Shown: piece after piece, positions 11,057-18,203 of the stretch | How positions within the stretch are numbered: the first letter of the stretch is position 1 | Layout of the letters: the number at the start of each line of letters is the position of its first letter | Assembly (NCBI GenBank): GCA_048500095.1 | Contig: JASNYQ010000003.1 | Location: forward strand, 77,510-141,509 | DNA length: 64,000 bases | Direction of reading: 5' to 3' | From: Thermoanaerobaculia bacterium | GTDB taxonomy: Bacteria > Acidobacteriota > Thermoanaerobaculia > Multivoradales > JAGPDF01 | Notes under the pieces: model-generated | What the model was told of the DNA's origin: nothing | The model's input: only the letters and a program-made list of their open reading frames with translations | Database searches by the model: none | Translations under genes and position numbers: made by a program

Positions 11057-12427
11057 TCAGTGGCCGCCCGCGACCGGGGGGCCGATGAGGGCGACGAGCT
11101 CGTCGCGCTTGGCGGCCATGAGCTCGGGGGTGGCGGCCTCGCAGACCAGGCGCAGCAGCGGCTCGGTGTTCGAGGGGCGGACGTTGCACCACCAGTCGGG
11201 GTACTGGATCGTGATCCCGTCGAGGTAGTCGATCTCGGCGTCGGCGTAGCGCGCCGCGAGCTGGCGGATCATCCCCTCCTTGTCCTCGACCTCGAAGTTG
11301 GTCTCCGGGGTCTTGGCGTAGCGGTGGAGGGGAGCGACGAGCTCGGACATCCGCTTGCCGGAGCCCCAGAGGAGGTTGAGCACCTCGACGACCGCCAGCA
11401 CCGCGCAGTCGGCGTAGTAGTTGTCCCGGAAGTAGTAGTGGCCGGCGAGCTCGCCGCCGAAGATGCCGGCGTGCTGGCGCAGGGTCGCCTTCATGAACGA
11501 GTGGCCGACCCGCTCGCGGACCGGGATCCCGCCCTGCTCGCGGATGTACTCGGCCACCGCGCGCGAGGAGCGCAGGTCGTAGAGGACGTGCTTGCCCGGC
11601 TCGCGGGAGAGGAGCTCGCCGCCGATCAAGCCCGTGATCAGGTCGGAGCCGATCGGCTCGCCGGTCTCGTCGACGAACGCCGAGCGGTCGTAGTCGCCGT
11701 CGCAGGAGACGCCGAGGTCGGCCCCGGTCTCGCGCACCTTGGCCATCAGGTCGCGGAGGTTCTCGAGCACCAGCGGGTTCGCCTCGTGGTTGGGGAAGGA
11801 GCCGTCGAGCTCGAAGTAGAGCGGAAGGATGTCGATCCCCATCGCCTCGAAGATCGGCCGGTCGATCGTCCCCATGCCGTTGGCGGCGTCGATCACCACC
11901 TTGAGCGGCCGCGCCCCGGCCGGGCGGCGCAGGAACGAGAGCACGTGCGCCTGGTAGGCGGCGAAGACGTCGGCGGTGGAGACGGAGCCGGGCGTCGCGG
12001 CGCGCGGCAGGTCCCCCTCGGCCACGCTCTTCTCGAGGAGCGGAATCCCGTGGTCCCCCGACACCGGCCGCGCCTCGTGCTTGCTGAACTTGAGGCCGTT
12101 GTACTGGGCCGGGTTGTGGGAGGCGGTGACCTGCACCCCGCCGGCCGCCTGCAGGTGGCCGATCGCGAAGTAGTTCATCGGCGTGGTGGCGAGGCCGATG
12201 TCGACGACGTCGAGCCCGGCGGCGGTCAGGCCCTCGATCAGGGCCGCGGTGAGCGGCACCGAGGAAGGCCGCATGTCGCGCGAGACGACCACCTTCGTCC
12301 CCCCGTGCGCGCGGTCCTCCGCGTCGAGCAGGTGGGAGAAGGCCACCCCGATGTCGCCGGCGATCGCCTCGTCGAGCTGGGTCGGGTAGATGCCGCGGAC
12401 GTCGTACGCCTTGTAGATACCGGCCAT
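11057..12427 (-). CDS. Phosphomannomutase/phosphoglucomutase (alpha-D-phosphohexomutase family)
   Basis: Start at MAGIYKAYDVRGIY (ATG 12427-12425). Active-site loop TASHNPAQYNGLK and metal-binding DGDYDR. The N-terminal extension of track ORF 11057..12982 was rejected. Confidence 0.92.
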   Translation of the reverse strand: MAGIYKAYDVRGIYPTQLDEAIAGDIGVAFSHLLDAEDRAHGGTKVVVSRDMRPSSVPLTAALIEGLTAAGLDVVDIGLATTPMNYFAIGHLQAAGGVQVTASHNPAQYNGLKFSKHEARPVSGDHGIPLLEKSVAEGDLPRAATPGSVSTADVFAAYQAHVLSFLRRPAGARPLKVVIDAANGMGTIDRPIFEAMGIDILPLYFELDGSFPNHEANPLVLENLRDLMAKVRETGADLGVSCDGDYDRSAFVDETGEPIGSDLITGLIGGELLSREPGKHVLYDLRSSRAVAEYIREQGGIPVRERVGHSFMKATLRQHAGIFGGELAGHYYFRDNYYADCAVLAVVEVLNLLWGSGKRMSELVAPLHRYAKTPETNFEVEDKEGMIRQLAARYADAEIDYLDGITIQYPDWWCNVRPSNTEPLLRLVCEAATPELMAAKRDELVALIGPPVAGGH

Positions 12428-12544
12428 GGTCGATCCTCGTCGGGAACCGGACGGGGCAGGCCGCCCGGGACCTGTGAGGTTATCAGCCCGCACCCGGACC
12501 GCGCCCGGAACCGGCCCGCCGGCCGACCGCGGGGCGCGAGACCG

Positions 12545-12846
12545 CCAGGCCAGGTCCCTCCCCTCCAAAGGCATGGAGGCCGCCAGCGCTCCCCCCGCCG
12601 GTCTCCGCCAGCTCGACCCGCTCCCCCACGAGCCCCGCCGCCGGCCTCGCCAAGCCGGCCTCCAGCCACACCCTTCGACACCGCTTCGCCACCCACCTGC
12701 TCGAGCCGAGCGACGACCTCCGCGCTGTCCAGGAGCTGCGCGGTCACCGCGACCTCGCGACCACCATGATCCACACCCACACCCTGAATCGCGGGGAGCG
12801 CGCCGTTCGCAGCCCGACCGGCGACCTCGGAGCACCGCCAGACTAG
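12545..12846 (+). pseudogene. Remnant of an integron-integrase-type (IntI-like) tyrosine recombinase, C-terminal ~70-100 codons only
   Basis: Own translation of the frame ending at TAG 12844-12846 gives [64 protein letters not shown]. This matches box II plus the NRG..V.SP tail typical of IntI proteins. The catalytic Tyr position reads His (cac). There is no start codon, upstream similarity (LPSKG.., RQLDP..) is in another frame, and the N-terminal two thirds are missing. The 5' limit is approximate. Confidence 0.6.
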
Positions 12847-12978
12847 ACGGCAGACCCCGTCGTGTTTGCCGCCGCCCGGCGGCTCGTGTACCATCGCCCA
12901 AGCTTCTGGAGATAAATGACTTCGGTGCCACGAGCCGCCAGCCACCGCGCCAGTTTCGACGGCCCTTTCTGCCGTCTA
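12844..12978. repeat. Nested long-range inverted repeat immediately after the integrase remnant
   Basis: Outer arms tagacggcaga (12844-12854) / tctgccgtcta (12968-12978) are 11/11 complementary. Next come ccgtcg (12857-12862) / cgacgg (12957-12962). The inner arms ggcggctcgtg (12878-12888) / cacgagccgcc (12929-12939) are 11/11 complementary, around an AT-richer 40-nt loop. Confidence 0.5.
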
Positions 12979-13043
12979 ACATCGCCCAAAGCCGTCGGCC
13001 GGTGTGATCGAATTACAAGTTGGGGCGACCCGAGGGAAGAACG

Positions 13044-13970
13044 ATGACGCGAGACTGGGAGAACGCTTTTTCCTTTTGGGCGCAGTCACCCAGCAACTCG
13101 GAGCAAGAGCGCACTGAGCGGGTTATCCGAGCCATCCGCACCGCCGTCAGCAACAGCCCCAAGTTGCAGGCGAGAAAGACTTTGGTCTTTGTGCAGGGCT
13201 CATTTCGTAACCGCGTCAATGTTCGTCGGGAGAGCGACGTCGATGTCGGTGTGATGCTCTACGAGTGCTTCCTCGCTCAGTATCCGAGCGGGAAGGCAGA
13301 CGCCGATTTTGGCAACTTCGACGCTAACTACCCGTTCTCTCAGTTCAAGGACGAACTTGAGGGGGCGCTCGTCGCGCACTTCGGTCGCGCGGCGGTGAAA
13401 CGCAGCAACAAGGCATTCGATATCAAGGCCGCACAAGCGCAGGTTGAAGCCGATGTCGTGCCACTGTTCGAGTTCAGGCAGTATTGGGAGAATGGGAGTT
13501 ACCGTGCCGGCGTAGCACTGATCCCAGACAACAGTAGCCGGCGTATCGTGAACTACCCTGAACGCCTCGTTGACTACTGGCCGCACACGCCTCTTCACTA
13601 CGAAAACGGTGTTTCTAAGAATGCCGTGACCCAACGGCGCTTCAAAGGCATGGTGCGCATCCTGAAGAAGCTGCGGATCGAACTGGCGGACGCAGGAAAC
13701 ACCCACGCTGCAAGCGTTCCTGGCTACCTGGCTGAGTGCCTGGTTTGGAACGCTCCAGACTGGTGCTTCGGGCACGCCACATGGGAGGAGCGCGTCCAGT
13801 CGGTACTGTGTTTCCTCTGGCAGAACACGAGGGAGCCGTCCCTTTGCACGGGGTGGTGCGAGGTCGATGCAATCAAGTACCTATTCCATGGCTCGCAGCC
13901 GTGGACGCGCGACCAGGCGCACGCCTTCGTCAACGAGGCATGGGACTTTGTCGGGGTGAAGCCCGTATGA
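13044..13970 (+). CDS. CBASS cyclic oligonucleotide synthase (CD-NTase / SMODS nucleotidyltransferase)
   Basis: 308 aa from ATG 13044, with GAGGGAAG 5 nt upstream. Pol-beta-type NTase signature G52-S53 (VFVQGSFRNR), D65-x-D67 (ESDVDVGV) and a third Asp in VEADVVPLF (D137). Helical C-terminal lobe. ATGA overlap with the next gene. Lower GC than the flanks. Confidence 0.85.
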   Translation: MTRDWENAFSFWAQSPSNSEQERTERVIRAIRTAVSNSPKLQARKTLVFVQGSFRNRVNVRRESDVDVGVMLYECFLAQYPSGKADADFGNFDANYPFSQFKDELEGALVAHFGRAAVKRSNKAFDIKAAQAQVEADVVPLFEFRQYWENGSYRAGVALIPDNSSRRIVNYPERLVDYWPHTPLHYENGVSKNAVTQRRFKGMVRILKKLRIELADAGNTHAASVPGYLAECLVWNAPDWCFGHATWEERVQSVLCFLWQNTREPSLCTGWCEVDAIKYLFHGSQPWTRDQAHAFVNEAWDFVGVKPV

Positions 13971-14626
13971 AGCTCGAGCGTCTCCAAATCACCGCCTTTG
14001 TCATCCTTGCGGCGGCCATCTGGCTGGCAGTACTCCTGTTCCAGGGTACGCCGGTCGAGTGGGTGCACGCCCAGCCATTCGGTATTGTGGTGAGCGCCTT
14101 GGTCGGTGTCGGCGTGCTTCTGGAGTTCGTGCTGTGGCGGCAGGCGTGGCTACACGGTTGGTTTATTGACCGCCCCGACCTTCGTGGTACGTGGCGCGTC
14201 GAGCTGCAGTCGAGCTACGGGCGGCCTGAGACCAACGAGCGTGTGCCGATGATCGTCTGCTACATGGGCGTGAAGCAGACCCTTTCGAAGCTCCAGATGC
14301 ATTTGATGACTCCCGAATCAGAGTCTTGGCTTGTCGCTGACCACGTTCGGCCGTCCCCCAGCGGCCACGGCTTCCAAGTGATTGGGGTCTATTCCAATGA
14401 ACCTAACGTTCATCTCCGACACGAGCGGATCAGCGAGATGCACCAAGGGGCCATCATCGTCGAAACTCATGGGCCTAGCCTCCGGCCAACGACGCTAACA
14501 GCGAAGTACTGGACTGACCGCCAGACCACAGGAACAATGGAGTTCACCGTCCGCATCAACGACCTGTGCACGCGATTCGAAGACGCTCAAACCTCACTCT
14601 CGGCGCACGAAGGCAAGAATGCCTGA
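13967..14626 (+). CDS. CBASS effector, 2-TM + beta-strand-rich C-terminal domain (Cap15 / S-2TMbeta-like)
   Basis: 219 aa from ATG 13967. Two N-terminal TM helices (ITAFVILAAAIWLAVLLF, FGIVVSALVGVGVLLEFVLW). A beta-rich domain follows, starting LRGTWRVEL and ending AKYWTDRQTTGTMEFTV, as in SMODS-associated 2TM-beta effectors. Confidence 0.75.
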   Translation: MKLERLQITAFVILAAAIWLAVLLFQGTPVEWVHAQPFGIVVSALVGVGVLLEFVLWRQAWLHGWFIDRPDLRGTWRVELQSSYGRPETNERVPMIVCYMGVKQTLSKLQMHLMTPESESWLVADHVRPSPSGHGFQVIGVYSNEPNVHLRHERISEMHQGAIIVETHGPSLRPTTLTAKYWTDRQTTGTMEFTVRINDLCTRFEDAQTSLSAHEGKNA

Positions 14627-14653
14627 CTCGACGGCGTGGGCGCGTCACGTGCG

Positions 14654-14713
14654 TCCTAACAACAGCATGCAGCGGCCGGCGCTCCGCGCCGCCGCTGATG
14701 CTGAGCGTTAGGC
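14654..14713 (+). other. attC-like integron recombination site (cassette boundary)
   Basis: TCCTAAC (R''-like, 14654-14660) and GTTAGGC (R', matches GTTRRRY, 14707-14713). Stem pairs are cctaac/gttagg, cagcat/atgctg and cagcggc/gccgctg, with an unpaired spacer (aa vs agc), one extrahelical G (14670) and a 14-nt apical region. It lies 28 nt after the Cap15-like stop and 13 nt before the next ATG. Confidence 0.6.
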
Positions 14714-14725
14714 GCCAGAGGAACC

Positions 14726-15811
14726 ATGGCCCTTTCACGACCTCTTCTTGAACGACTGATCGCAGCGAAGTACCTCTTAAGGGCGGCGCGCGAAACGGTA
14801 GCCACCCACAGTCCGTACCGCGCAGGACGAGCAGTTCTTCATCTTCAGGACGCTGCCGAGATGCTTCTGCGAGTTGCTGCTGAACACCTTCATGCGCAGG
14901 TTTCGGAGAAGAGCGCCTTCGATCAGCTCGTCGAGGCTGTGGTGAAAGCCGCTCCAGTCCCACTCACGCATCGCACCGCGCTGAATCAACTCAACAAGGC
15001 ACGAGTTGCCTTCAAGCATTTCGGCCTCGAACCAAAGCCAGAGGACGTTGCAAAGGTGCTGGCAGACATGGACAGTTTCTTTCCAGAGACCGTGCAGTCG
15101 ATCCTTGGCGCCGACCTCGCTGAACTCAGTCTTAGGTCGCTGGTCGGCCACAGGCGGACCGAGAACTGGCTTGCAAAGGCAGAGCAAGCCCTCGCCGCAG
15201 GGGACTTCGATGCCTCCATCAATGCCTCGGCGGTCGCATTCGCGGTGATTCGCCATCACTGCGCTGGCACACACGACTTCTCCCGGCTGGATCCCTCTGG
15301 TCGTTTCAGGGAAGGCGAGTTGCGCGCGGCCCTTGAGGCAGTAGAGCAGAAGTTCAAGGCGCTAGAGGCGGACCTTGACCTGTTTGCGCTCGGCGTTGAC
15401 CCCGCCGAGTACAGGCGATTCAGAAGGTACACGCCACGCGCGAGGCTTACGATGGCTGCGACCGTTATTCTCCAGAGGGGAATGAGCGAGACGCCGGTAG
15501 TAGGAGCCGATGAAGCGGCGTTTTGTGCCCGGTTTACGCTAGACGCGGCACTCGCAATGCAGTCAAACATCCTCCCGCCACGCTGGCCGATTCCGCGACC
15601 GGACAAAGCGGTCCGCGTTGTTCGCGAATGCGATCTCGTCGTCTGGCCTGGGGAGGGCGCGGAAGTGATCCGCCAGGTGAGCGTCGGTGAGCAACTGGCG
15701 GCCTTCTCAGGAGGCAGGCAATTGGACGGGCACATACAAGTCGTCGAATCTGGAGACGGCGCGTTCGTCCCGGCAGACGCGGTGGAGGAAGGTGGGTCCG
15801 CTGGCGCCTGA
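14726..15811 (+). CDS. Hypothetical protein; helical N-terminal domain with HEPN-like Rx4H motif, second helical domain, SH3-like C-terminus (no confident family assignment)
   Basis: 361-aa ORF with ATG 13 nt after the attC-like GTTAGGC. LNKARVAFKHFG (R93-x4-H98, nt 15002-15019). The C-terminal ~60 aa are beta-rich (VVRECDLVVWPGEGAEVIRQVSVGEQL...GHIQVVESGDGAFVPADAV). The composition looks coding and is not R/P-rich. Confidence 0.7.
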   Translation: MALSRPLLERLIAAKYLLRAARETVATHSPYRAGRAVLHLQDAAEMLLRVAAEHLHAQVSEKSAFDQLVEAVVKAAPVPLTHRTALNQLNKARVAFKHFGLEPKPEDVAKVLADMDSFFPETVQSILGADLAELSLRSLVGHRRTENWLAKAEQALAAGDFDASINASAVAFAVIRHHCAGTHDFSRLDPSGRFREGELRAALEAVEQKFKALEADLDLFALGVDPAEYRRFRRYTPRARLTMAATVILQRGMSETPVVGADEAAFCARFTLDAALAMQSNILPPRWPIPRPDKAVRVVRECDLVVWPGEGAEVIRQVSVGEQLAAFSGGRQLDGHIQVVESGDGAFVPADAVEEGGSAGA

Positions 15812-15921
15812 CAGCTATCAGGCCCCCTCTTGTCAAGGGGTAGGCGATCCCCAGGGCGGGCGTTGAGCCAGCCGAGCTGGTTGAAGGACTGCCTCCCTAC
15901 CTGATCGTCGCTGACTTCGCT

Positions 15922-16211
15922 TCACGTTCTGGTGCGGCGCTTCTGGCGCATGCCGAGGGCGTGGCCGGGGGCGAAGGCGATGCTCTCGTCCTCGCAGAGA
16001 TCGGCGAGCCAGTACCAGCAGAAGATGCACTCGCAGCCGACGACGAGGCCGTCGCGGAAGGGCGCCGGTGCCTCGAGCACGGCCCCGGGTTGCACGGCAG
16101 ATAGCGATGCAGGACAATCTGACCGGAGCCGTCGAGCAGACAGAGGTAGAGGGCGCGCCCGTGGAGATCGACGCCGCAGGCGAACGCGTGGGACCGGGAA
16201 TGGAATCGCAT
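15922..16211 (-). pseudogene. IS110-family transposase, N-terminal fragment with frameshift (truncated)
   Basis: From ATG 16211 the translation is MRFHSRSHAFACGVDLHGRALYLCLLDGSGQIVLHRYLPCNPGP. After a frameshift near 16080 it continues VLEAPAPFRDGLVVGCECIFCWYWLADLCEDESIAFAPGHALGMRQ, then a stop at 15922-15924. This is the DEDD_Tnp_IS110 N-domain pattern, and the C-terminal catalytic half is absent. Weak degenerate similarity may continue to about 15815. Confidence 0.7.
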
Positions 16212-16304
16212 GCAGTGCCTCCTCTGGCTTGCGTGAGTGCCACCGCGAGAGCTACCGCGTGGGTAGCCCCAGAGGGGGCCTGCATGGGCTTCAAGCCGAT
16301 GAGG

Positions 16305-16351
16305 CCGACCGTCGCTTGCGGCGCCCGCAGCTCATCGGCAGGGCGTTAGGC
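16305..16351 (+). other. Partial/degenerate attC-like site (right half with R' GTTAGGC)
   Basis: GTTAGGC at 16345-16351, 17 nt before the next start codon. L-box-like pair gccgatgag (16305-16313) / ctcatcggc (16331-16339). No matching RYYYAAC partner on the left, where IS110-derived sequence begins. Confidence 0.35.
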
Positions 16352-16367
16352 GGCGTTACGATCGGTT

Positions 16368-16718
16368 GTGGACTTCGCCTACTCCGCAGGGCTGCTGATG
16401 TCTCTGCTTGGTGGTGCTGCCTCATTGGTCTGTCTATTCAGCGCAGCGGTGCTGCGTTCCAGCGCGGTTGCAGCGCGAATGCGCGTGGCGGGCTCAGCGC
16501 TTCTCGCTCTTGGGTTCGTTTCCTGTGTAGTTGCGCTCGTTGTCCACCGTGTCTGGGGTCATGGCGCCCGGAGCCCCGAGCCGATGCACCTCCGGCAGTT
16601 TCTCGGCAGCCATCCCGCTTTCGTCATTGTGGGCTGCTTGCTCCTCGCGGGGTTCCTACTGATTCTCGTCGCGCGTGCGAAGAGCGCCCGGCACGAGCGC
16701 TCTCGAGACGCCGCCTGA
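16368..16718 (+). CDS. Small membrane protein (3 predicted TM helices), hypothetical
   Basis: 116 aa with a GTG start. Hydrophobic segments GLLMSLLGGAASLVCLFSAAVL, SALLALGFVSCVVALVV and AFVIVGCLLLAGFLLILV, then a basic tail. Confidence 0.5.
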   Translation: MDFAYSAGLLMSLLGGAASLVCLFSAAVLRSSAVAARMRVAGSALLALGFVSCVVALVVHRVWGHGARSPEPMHLRQFLGSHPAFVIVGCLLLAGFLLILVARAKSARHERSRDAA

Positions 16719-16935
16719 GAGACCGCGGAGGAACCGGTCAGTGGAGGGACGCGGGGGAGCGCCGGGGGCGACCCGGGCGCGGAGAGCGCGGCCACCGCGA
16801 AAGGGGATTCGCCAGGTCCACCGCAATCGTCGTATCGTGGCCCGCGATTCCTGAAGGAGAAGGCCACTCTCGACCGCTTCGTGGGAAGCCACTTTGCGTC
16901 GACAGCAGGTCGGGTCATTCGAGGAGAGATCGGTC

Positions 16936-17652
16936 ATGACCGTTGGAAACGAATTGCAGCAGGGCATCGCGCAGTCCGTCGCCCGCGCCCGGTGGGTGAC
17001 GATCCTCCTCGCCGGTTGCGTCTCGGGCGCCGCCCTCGGCGTCCTCACGGGTGTCCGTCAACTCGACCTGCTGCATCGTGTTGTGGCTGGCGAGGTCATT
17101 TCGGAGTCCGAAGCGAGCTGGAACGACACGCTCTACGGCGGCATCGGGCTCGTCCAGACGGCCATGTTCGTGGCCTGTAGCGTCCTCTGGCTCGTGTGGC
17201 TCAAGAGAGCCTATGCAAACCTCCTTCTCGTGGGCACCCGCACGGCTCGCTTCTCTCCCGGCTGGGCGGTTGGCTACTGGTTCGTCCCGGTGGTGAACCT
17301 GGTACGTCCCTACCAGGTCATGAAGGACCTTTCCGTGCGAAGTGCGCAACGCAACGAGCACGACGGCATGATGGCGGCGGGGACCACGACGCTCGTGGGC
17401 TTGTGGTGGTTCGCCCACCTGGCATCCGGGATCGCCGGTCGGGTCTTCTTCCGCCAGGCGCTCGGTGCTGACGAAGTGCAGGGGTTCATCGCTTTGACCC
17501 AGGCAGGACTCGTCACCGACGCCGCAACGATCCTCTCTGGTGTGCTCGCGCTGGTCATGATCCGCGGCATCACCCGGAGTCAGAGCGCGTGGCCGAACGA
17601 GGCGAATGCCGCTGCAGTGGTCCCACCATCGATCGAGCCCAGTTCCATCTAG
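16936..17652 (+). CDS. DUF4328 domain-containing membrane protein
   Basis: Start at MTVGNEL (ATG 16936), with GAGGAGAG 7 nt upstream. The motif FSPGWAVGYWFVPVVNLVRPYQVMKDL is typical of DUF4328. Multiple TM segments. Confidence 0.75.
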   Translation: MTVGNELQQGIAQSVARARWVTILLAGCVSGAALGVLTGVRQLDLLHRVVAGEVISESEASWNDTLYGGIGLVQTAMFVACSVLWLVWLKRAYANLLLVGTRTARFSPGWAVGYWFVPVVNLVRPYQVMKDLSVRSAQRNEHDGMMAAGTTTLVGLWWFAHLASGIAGRVFFRQALGADEVQGFIALTQAGLVTDAATILSGVLALVMIRGITRSQSAWPNEANAAAVVPPSIEPSSI

Positions 17653-17656
17653 CTGC

Positions 17657-18100
17657 ATGGTCGGTGCCCCGCATCACGTCGTCGATCGGGTTCTGCCCCC
17701 CGTCCTCGTGCTCCTCCATGCGGGGCTCTTCCTCTGGGCGTCCGTCGGCTTGGTCGAGTGGCTGGTACCCGGCGTGGCGTGGCGACCGGTGAGCAATGCG
17801 CTCTTTCCCCGGTGGCTGCTGCTGCTGCACTGGCTCGCGGTTCTGAACGCCGCGGCCATCTTCCTGGCCGGCTACGTGCGGCGGTGGCCGAGGACCCCTG
17901 TGCTCCTGGTACCGGCGTACGCCTTCATGGCGGGGGTCTGCACCGTCGAGACCTTCTTCTATCTCACCCATCCGCTGCGCTACGTCGCCATGGCGCTCGA
18001 GCTCGCCGCGTACGTGCTGATCCCGCTCGCGCTCTACCGGGTGCCCGGCCTCGCGCGGCGATTCGGGTCGAGACGGGCGATCGAACGGCAGTCGACATGA
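17657..18100 (+). CDS. Hypothetical integral membrane protein (about 4 TM helices)
   Basis: ATG 17657, 4 nt after the DUF4328 stop. Hydrophobic helices VLPPVLVLLHAGLFLWASVGLV, WLLLLHWLAVLNAAAIFLAGYV, VLLVPAYAFMAGVCTV and VAMALELAAYVLIPLALY. Confidence 0.6.
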   Translation: MVGAPHHVVDRVLPPVLVLLHAGLFLWASVGLVEWLVPGVAWRPVSNALFPRWLLLLHWLAVLNAAAIFLAGYVRRWPRTPVLLVPAYAFMAGVCTVETFFYLTHPLRYVAMALELAAYVLIPLALYRVPGLARRFGSRRAIERQST

Positions 18101-18203
18101 TGCCGGACGCCGCGCAGCGCTCGATCGGCAGGCCGGCTGGCGCTGCGACCGCGGCAGGCCTCGAGTGCACGATGCGGCCACGGCACCTCGGAAGGAGAGC
18201 GAC

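Noticed and set aside
12974-13025. A complete attC formed by GTCTAAC (12974) and GTTGGGG (13019)
   Set aside because: The sequence between the boxes shows almost no R''/L''-L'/R' complementarity when the reverse complement is aligned. The 3' box also ends in G instead of Y. It is kept only as a possible cassette/attI junction within another finding.
15534-15836. Minus-strand ORF (MTRGGLIAVRRQRTHL...) as a continuation of the IS110 transposase into the 3' end of the 361-aa gene
   Set aside because: The resemblance to the IS110 TR..LLR.R..L segment is only a few residues. The rest is Arg/Pro-rich shadow sequence antisense to a well-behaved coding frame.
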